Part shown: piece after piece, positions 1 through 5,593 of the stretch | Layout of the letters: each line of letters begins with the position of its first letter | How positions within the stretch are numbered: the stretch's first letter is position 1 | DNA from: Paraphysomonas bandaiensis | Lineage: Eukaryota; Protista; Chrysophyceae | Length of the DNA stretch: 5,593 bases | Assembly: GCA_965644295.1 (NCBI GenBank) | Contig: CBFFRP010000597.1 | Location: 1 to 5,593 of the forward strand | Direction: 5' to 3' | Notes under the pieces: generated by a model | Databases searched by the model: none | Seen by the model: the letters and a program-made list of their open reading frames with translations, nothing else | Told to the model about the DNA's origin: nothing | Translations under genes and position numbers: made by a program

Positions 1-16
1 TTCATATAAGTCGGAG

Positions 17-216
17 GAAGGCGATGACCAGGTCAAATGGTCAAAACCAGGTCAAATATGCTATTAGCTAAAAGTTTGTATTTTATGTGTCTAGATTCTT
101 TCTAACATGTTTGTAGCTTGTTTCTACTGCTCAAAACATTATATTTGTTCATTATTTACAAAATAAAATTAGCGATATAAGCATTATAATTACCATATAT
201 ATAACTATTAACTATA
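17..216 (+). repeat. Left terminal inverted repeat (200 bp)
   Basis: gaaggcgatgaccaggtcaaatggtcaaaacc...taactattaactata matches the reverse complement of 5393-5593. By manual alignment there are 8 substitutions (positions 52, 59, 67, 74, 75, 98, 131, 178) and one 1-bp indel near 196. Confidence 0.97.
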
Positions 217-292
217 GAATATATATTATACATAATATAACAATATTCAACAGTTAAGTCATAACATATATAGTTAATAATGCGTTTCAGAA

Positions 293-1372
293 TTACTCAA
301 ACATACGAGCAGTGCAACTAATCCAAGATACAAACATGATTACATAGGCTGATACTGTGGGGGATACTGGAGGGGATGATACCACGTGTTGCTGTGACTG
401 CATACTCAAGATGAAAGCCTCATACGTCTGAACCTGCAGCTCAGCTTCATTCCAGCGTGAAGTACATTTACCTTGATTAAGCAGAGCTTGCGCTTGCACG
501 TATTGCAAAAGAGAGGAAAGGGTAGAAGAGCAGGGCCCAAGTGTCATTTGTTATACCGTTGGCTGCATATGAGGAGTGCATGTGGGTGTCACAGGTGGAT
601 ACCCGCCAGTGAAGTGTTGAGAAGGGGTCCCAACAACTTGAGGTACGTCTACCTTGATTAAGCTGAGCTTGTGCCCACATATACTGCAAAGGAGAGCAGG
701 GTATAGATGAGGGTGGCCCAATTGTCATGTGTTGGTCCGCTGGTTGCACTTGGCCCGAAGGTAGCATAATATTATATATTCCTTCCCAGATTTGAAATTC
801 CTAGTGCGGACCATTGATAAGTGAACGACCTTGTTGGTGCTTTTATTAACCCTAGCCCGAGGACAAAATAGTTGAAGAGTGTAGAAATGGATACCATGAC
901 CTCGAGGTTAAAACAAAAAGTCTCAGTGTGGTACCATGAACTTCTTCCGAACGTAACAGTGGCTCCTCCCTGAGTACTTGATGAAGAAGGAAGATTCAGA
1001 GGTCATATAATCATCCAAGAACTTAAATCCCCAGCTGGTTGTTGGTCTCACTTCCTTCTTTGTGTCCGCTTTCTTGTTCATATTATGGTTGTTGATAACG
1101 ACTCGTCGCCTGTGTGAAAATAAGATCATTTGTTTGATTTCACTCACTGCACGACTCACCATCTTCGGCTGTTTCTGTTTTATCATCATCAAATTCATCA
1201 AGGAATGCTGCAGCTGCATCCATAGCACACTGGGAGCACATCGAGGAGCGTACCCCTCTATCCGATGACAGAAACATTAAGAAGTGCAACAGACAGGACC
1301 CGCCGGCTCTTCCTGAGAGCCACCACTGGAGTACATATCTAGAGTGTTGGAATATGAATCCAAGTCATCCAT
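293..1372 (-). pseudogene. Degenerate second gene of the element, unknown function
   Basis: A minus-strand ATG at 1372 opens MDDLDSYSNTLDMYSSGGSQEEPAGPVCCTS*CFCHRIEGY[fs]MCSQCAMDAAAAFLDEFDDDKTETAEDGESCSE. It is followed by fragments in ORFs 923-1228, 477-767 and 293-547. The duplicated module in the last two ORFs differs by several synonymous third-position changes in this frame, which supports past coding function. Confidence 0.5.
460..752 (-). repeat. Diverged direct duplication (~110 bp, offset 181 bp) encoding a repeated peptide module
   Basis: taccttgattaagc.gagcttg...ggcccaa.tgtcat.tgtt occurs at ~469-552 and ~650-733. The peptides are MTIGPPSSIPCSPLQYMWAQAQLNQGRRTS and MTLGPCSSTLSSLLQYVQAQALLNQGKCTS. 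Confidence 0.85.
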
Positions 1373-1381
1373 TACTTTAAC

Positions 1382-1439
1382 ATGTATGCTGTATATATGT
1401 GTCTATATGTGTATATGTTTGTATGTGTATGTGTGTGAT
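1382..1439. repeat. Degenerate (TA/TG)n simple repeat
   Basis: atgtatgctgtatatatgtgtctatatgtgtatatgtttgtatgtgtatgtgtgtgat, a largely alternating purine-pyrimidine tract. Confidence 0.8.
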
Positions 1440-1581
1440 ATCACTGAGAGGAGTGGATTTGATGACAAAACACCAACTCAACTCAAAAAAATGATGGAAG
1501 AAATTCCGAATTCCGAATACGATCCTCTTTTTTTAGTTCAACACTTCGACTTCACTTCACTTCGACCTCATTCATCATCAT

Positions 1582-1651
1582 CACATGCATACATGTATAT
1601 ACATATATACATATATATTCCACTCATCCATAATATATACATACATACATA
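1582..1651. repeat. Degenerate (CA/TA)n simple repeat
   Basis: cacatgcatacatgtatatacatatatacatatata...atatatacatacatacata, complementary in composition to 1382-1439. Confidence 0.8.
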
Positions 1652-1853
1652 GCCTGAGGCTCTAGTAATATCGCCATCATTTAGATCAAACTCTCTGCAG
1701 TGCATCATAATTTTTCAGTTCGTTGCGCTATCTTCATCGTTTCAATCTGCTTGCTGTGTGAGCTGTGGAGTTGTTCGCAACAGGTATAGAGAATTTCAGT
1801 GCCCTCCACTCTCTGCTTATCGTGATATTGTCACCAACAGAACACAGCAATGG

Positions 1854-2825
1854 TGACTAGTTTGACGGTAGTGTGCTTCGCGTCAGCAGGTTACAGCATT
1901 AGCTGACTAGTTTGACGGTAGTGTGCTTCGCGTCAGCAGGTTACAGCATTAGCTGACTAGTTTGACGGTAGTGTGCTTCGCGTCAGCAGGTTACAGCATC
2001 AGCTGACTAGTTTGACGGTAGTGTGCTTCGCGTCAGCAGGTTACAGCATTAGCTGACTAGTTTGACGGTAGTGTGCTTCGCGTCAGCAGGTTACAGCATT
2101 AGCTGACTAGTTTGACGGTAGTGTACTTCGCGTCAGCAGGTTACAGCATTAGCTGACTAGTTTGACGGTAGTGTGCTTCGCGTCAGCAGGTTACAGCATT
2201 AGCTGACTAGTTTGACGGTAGTGTGCTTCGCGTCAGCAGGTTACAGCATCAGCTGACTAGTTTGACGGTAGTGTGCTTCGCGTCAGCAGGTTACAGCATT
2301 AGCTGACTAGTTTGACGGTAGTGTACTTCGCGTCAGCAGGTTACAGCATTAGCTGACTAGTTTGACGGTAGTGTGCTTCGCGTCAGCAGGTTACAGCATT
2401 AGCTGACTAGTTTGACGGTAGTGTGCTTCGCGTCAGCAGGTTACAGCATTAGCTGACTAGTTTGACGGTAGTGTGCTTCGCGTCAGCAGGTTACAGCATT
2501 AGCTGACTAGTTTGACGGTAGTGTGCTTCGCGTCAGCAGGTTACAGCATCAGCTGACTAGTTTGACGGTAGTGTGCTTCGCGTCAGCAGGTTACAGCATT
2601 AGCTGACTAGTTTGACGGTAGTGTGCTTCGCGTCAGCAGGTTACAGCATTAGCTGACTAGTTTGACGGTAGTGTGCTTCGCGTCAGCAGGTTACAGCATT
2701 AGCTGACTAGTTTGACGGTAGTGTGCTTCGCGTCAGCAGGTTACAGCATCAGCTGACTAGTTTGACGGTAGTGTGCTTCGCGTCAGCAGGTTACAGCATC
2801 AGCTGACTAGTTTGACGGAAGTGTG
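1854..2825. repeat. 50-bp tandem repeat (minisatellite), ~19.4 copies
   Basis: The unit agctgactagtttgacggtagtgtgcttcgcgtcagcaggttacagcatt recurs every 50 bp (tttgacgg at 1861, 1911 ... 2811) with no indels. Variants are T>C at 2000, 2250, 2550, 2750 and 2800, G>A at 2125 and 2325, and T>A at 2819 in the last partial copy. Confidence 0.99.
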
Positions 2826-2905
2826 TATTGTTATTCGTGTATTGTGTATATATAATATATTTTATTGATTAAAATATATATTATATAATCACAATAATAA
2901 CTGAA

Positions 2906-5316
2906 ATGTCTTCTGAAAACAGCCTACCAGGCATGCTGTTGCGTCGTATGTGTCATATATATTATATGTTGTTGCGCTTGTGAGGGGTGTACTGTATTTA
3001 CCATGCGTTGAATGGTACATTCTTGGACGACGCGCAGGACACTATGATCGATTGTATGAAAGAGGTGATAAAAAGAAGAATGCATAGCAGCCGAAGCAGT
3101 ATTTTCTTGATAAGTGCCGATCGTTTGAGTGTCGTGTAGCTGTGTGCGGGAAGTACAAGCTAAATTATTGCTGGTACTGGGACAACGTTTTCTGAGTGCC
3201 TACTGTACCTCGAAGTGGTACTTTGATAATATATATTGTGTCAATGATGAAGGCAGGTTATACTTGTGTAACTATACTTCCTTCAATTCCTTCAACGATC
3301 GTTCCGCGATACCTTAGACCGAAGACTTGTTGAAATTTGCTGATTCGTATGACATGGAAGTGTTTGGAAATGTAAAAATGCTTAATAGTGAGTCTTCACA
3401 CACAAGGAGGGAGGGCGCAGGGCTATCTTCTTGTGCGCTCTTCTCTTATTGCTGTAGCATGGATACTGCACTTTCTCAGTTTAGGGCGATTGTCCTCTTT
3501 GTGGTACCGAGGAATGTCACCTTGACCAATCGACAAAGCACAGCATCTACGATGAATACGTTAATGATATGTGTGCCTTTGGTAGTAGCAAAGATCTGCT
3601 TTCTGAGCGCTCCTTTTTAGACTGTGGAGAAATGTGTACAAGCACGTCAAACATCGAGTTCAAGCAAAGCTGTGGGAATGCCATGTATGTTCCGCTTTAT
3701 CCGAGTTAAGAAGGAAGTATCAGGAAAGGGAGGGTGCAGGGAGGTTACCATGCTGTTTAGCATGCACCGTACTGTATTACTTTCATGGGTGAGCGCCGCA
3801 TCTACTGTACACGACGAGCCCTGGGACTAATGGTCTTATATTTCCGGTATAACTGATTGAGTGTAACAGAATAGATGATGCTTGCTACCATGGTTTGGGA
3901 GGTCTTGACTCGGTTATTGCCCATACCCACGAGGATATAGATGTTCTCTTTGCCCTTATATGGAACTATCTAAAGGACAAACACTGTCTCAGTCCAGATG
4001 AGTTCGAAGGTGTTATCTAATCCGCGTTGCAGTACGAGGGCAAACTTGAAGTGAAGTATATACTTGTGGTCCCGGACTTTTCAGTTTATTTTCGACGGGT
4101 TTGTTGACCCAAAGGTTAAACTTTTCGTAAAGGAGGAATGGGCTCAGCTGCAGTTCATTTTTGAAAGCGTGGAGCCCTCGGAGAGGTATGAACATGGTGT
4201 GAAAGCCACTTGTTGGCGGCCGTATGGAAAAGACGAAGTGGTTGAGATTGTGGATGACCCTGACCAAGATTCGATCACCGAGTTGATCCCTCAGCTTACC
4301 AAGGTCAACATTCAACCTGCAGATGAAAACCCCCCCTTCAATTTTTTATTGCGGTTACCACGAGAGGCTAAAGTATTTAAGCCGGAGCCTTTTGTTGCGA
4401 TGAGTAGGCAACATGCATTAGCTTGCTCATACAAGATGATTCAATCCTACACTGGTAAGAATCCTGCTGTGGTGGATAGTTGGACGCGGTGGAGAGAGAT
4501 AATGTGTTGCCACAGTCTGATGATGCAGATGAACACGTAGCCGAGCATCCCATGTACATTCCCTTCAAGGACCAACTCTTCTCTGGTAATCCAGTTCCAG
4601 AGAGGAGTTCATTGGAAAGAGCAGATCATGCTACAACCCTTGATGGCGTGACTCTTCCGCCAATGAGAGTTTTCGAGAGTACAACAAGCAGTCTGTGTCA
4701 CTCTGGGAAGCCCAAACCTTCTTCCAAAAAACTCGAGACACCTGCTCGTCTTGTAGTCCGTGAGAGGGATGGTTCTGTGCCATCTCAACCAAAGGAGGCC
4801 CGGGCAGGAATTATTGTTACCCAGAAGACTCCAAGAAAAACGCAGACGAAGAAGGGGTATTCATCTGGCAAGAAGAAGGAGTCAGCGACAAAGAAGAAGG
4901 GCTCTTCTTTCAACTCTGACATAATTACTAGTGACGATATTGATGGTTTTGTTGCGGAAGTCGAAGACGAGGAAGAAGAGTCAGAATATGAGGAAGAAGA
5001 AGAGGAGGGAGTTCGAAACTTTGAACTTGGTGCTGTGATTCAGAACATGCATCGCCTGCGCGGGACTATCACAGCTTGACATGACGATGGATCCTATGAT
5101 GTGAAGTACAAAGACGGTAAAACTGATGAGAATGTGTCTTGGAAGTTGCTGTTCCCTCCTCCGGCTCCTCGAAAGAGTACTTCTAGTAAGAAAGGTTCGT
5201 ATGAAATGATGGTTGTTCCGGATGACTACAAGTGGGTGGATACTGGGGCTGTTTCTTCCGCCATTCACTCTGTATCCGGCAAGCGCAAGCGATCGAATGT
5301 AAATTATAAAATGTGA
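2906..5316 (+). pseudogene. DDE/D-type transposase pseudogene (DUF7869/Sola-like) with C-terminal Tudor-like domain
   Basis: Stitching + frames gives colinear motifs: GDCP..EECHLD..KHSIYDEYVND (~3486-3568); SF[fs]RLWRNVYKHVK (~3611-3650); KAV.G.CHVCSALSELRRK (CxxC at 3679-3690); MHR..FMGERRIYCTRRALGL (3782-3829); YISGITD*V*QNR*CLLPWFG (3837-3899); VLTRL[fs]IAHTHEDIDVLFALIWNYL (3902-3972); LVVPDF[fs]QFIFDGFVDPK..WAQLQFIFE (ORF 4064-4540); [fs ~4495] ORF 4480-5079; then in-frame ORF 5101-5316. There are many frameshifts and in-frame stops (e.g. 3858, 3864, 4018, 5077). The 5' boundary is uncertain. Confidence 0.75.
5020..5155 (+). other. Tudor/Agenet-like domain remnant at transposase C-terminus
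   Basis: ORFs 4480-5079 and 5101-5316 share one frame. Reading through TGA 5077-5079 gives FELGAVIQNMHRLRGTITA*HDDGSYDVKYKDGKTDENVSWKLL, which fits the Tudor-like pattern G.I....DG.Y.V.Y.DG....V. Confidence 0.6.
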
Positions 5317-5392
5317 ATTGGCTTGGGACTTTTGTATGATTGTATGGCATTATTTAACGTGTTTTATATATATGAATACTTACGTATATTAT

Positions 5393-5593
5393 TATAGTTA
5401 ATAGTTATATATTATGGTAATTATAATGCTTGTATCGCTAATTTTATTTTGTAAATAATGAACAAATATAATGTTTTGTGCAGTAGAAACAAGCTACAAA
5501 CATGTTAGAAATAATCTAGACACATAAAATACAATTTTTTAGGTAATAGCTTATTTGGCCTGGTTTTGACCATTTGACCTGGTCATCGCCTTC
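5393..5593 (-). repeat. Right terminal inverted repeat (201 bp visible)
   Basis: Reverse complement of 17-216. It runs to the last base of the window, so it probably continues beyond it. Confidence 0.97.

Larger units (their letters stand above)
14..5593 (+). mobile_element. Non-autonomous (decayed) long-TIR DNA transposon, DUF7869/Sola-like; right terminus truncated by window edge
   Basis: The ends are reverse complements over ~200 bp and enclose a transposase-like pseudogene with an HTHEDID motif. Pairing is demonstrable from 17/5593. A start at 14 (GAG) is inferred from the 5'-GRG/GAG termini described for Sola2/Sola3 elements. Confidence 0.8.

Noticed and set aside
473-1268. Plus-strand ORFs 473-661 and 1062-1268
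   Set aside because: They are antisense to the minus-strand gene remnant, and the synonymous-change pattern favours the minus frame.
1344-1652. 102-aa + strand ORF
   Set aside because: It is largely a translation of TA/TG and CA/TA simple repeats (YICVYMCICLYVYVC, YMYIHIYIYI).
1854-2825. CRISPR array
   Set aside because: Units are contiguous and near-identical with no unique spacers, and there is no cas-like gene in the window.
1854-2825. Coding repeat protein
   Set aside because: The 50-bp period is not a multiple of 3 and units contain TGA/TAG/TAA triplets. The ORF track shows nothing here.
2993-3013. CIYHALN as the hAT/Mutator CxxH motif
   Set aside because: It sits at the extreme N-terminus rather than after the second catalytic Asp, and the downstream motifs do not fit hAT or MULE transposases.
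3327-3830. ORFs 3327-3620 and 3624-3830 as independent genes
   Set aside because: The recognisable motifs in this interval lie mostly in the other + frames. These ORFs are partial or off-frame pieces of the transposase pseudogene.
4013-5268. Minus-strand ORFs 4013-4315, 4377-4568 and 4981-5268
   Set aside because: They are antisense shadows of the transposase reading frame with no recognisable motifs.
2906-5316. Alternative genetic code or programmed frameshifting explaining the stops
   Set aside because: All three stop types occur at positions implying different amino acids, together with many frameshifts and an apparent core deletion. Ordinary decay is the simpler explanation.
1-5593. Linear virus, Polinton or virophage genome with ITRs
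   Set aside because: No polymerase, capsid, packaging ATPase or Rep motifs are recognisable, and the only identifiable protein is transposase-like. This cannot be fully excluded without flanking sequence.

Overview
The window is almost entirely one eukaryotic-style DNA transposon. It is bounded by ~200-bp terminal inverted repeats (17-216 and 5393-5593, ~95% identical), and the right end is cut off by the window edge. Inside are two decayed genes pointing outward. On + (~2906-5316) is a heavily frameshifted pseudogene with DUF7869/Sola-like transposase motifs: KAVxGxCxxC..H, FMGERxxYxxRR, ISxIxD(G)xxQNxxxLPWFG and LTRL..(G>A)HTHEDID. It appears to lack the middle of the catalytic core and ends in an acidic tract plus a Tudor-like domain. 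On - (~1372-293) is a degenerate second gene of unknown function with a Cys-rich start and an internally duplicated ~30-aa module. Between the two start codons lies a near-perfect 50-bp tandem array (~19.4 copies, 1854-2825) that looks much younger than the rest of the element. It is not a CRISPR array. Family assignments come from motif recognition only, and no database searches were run.
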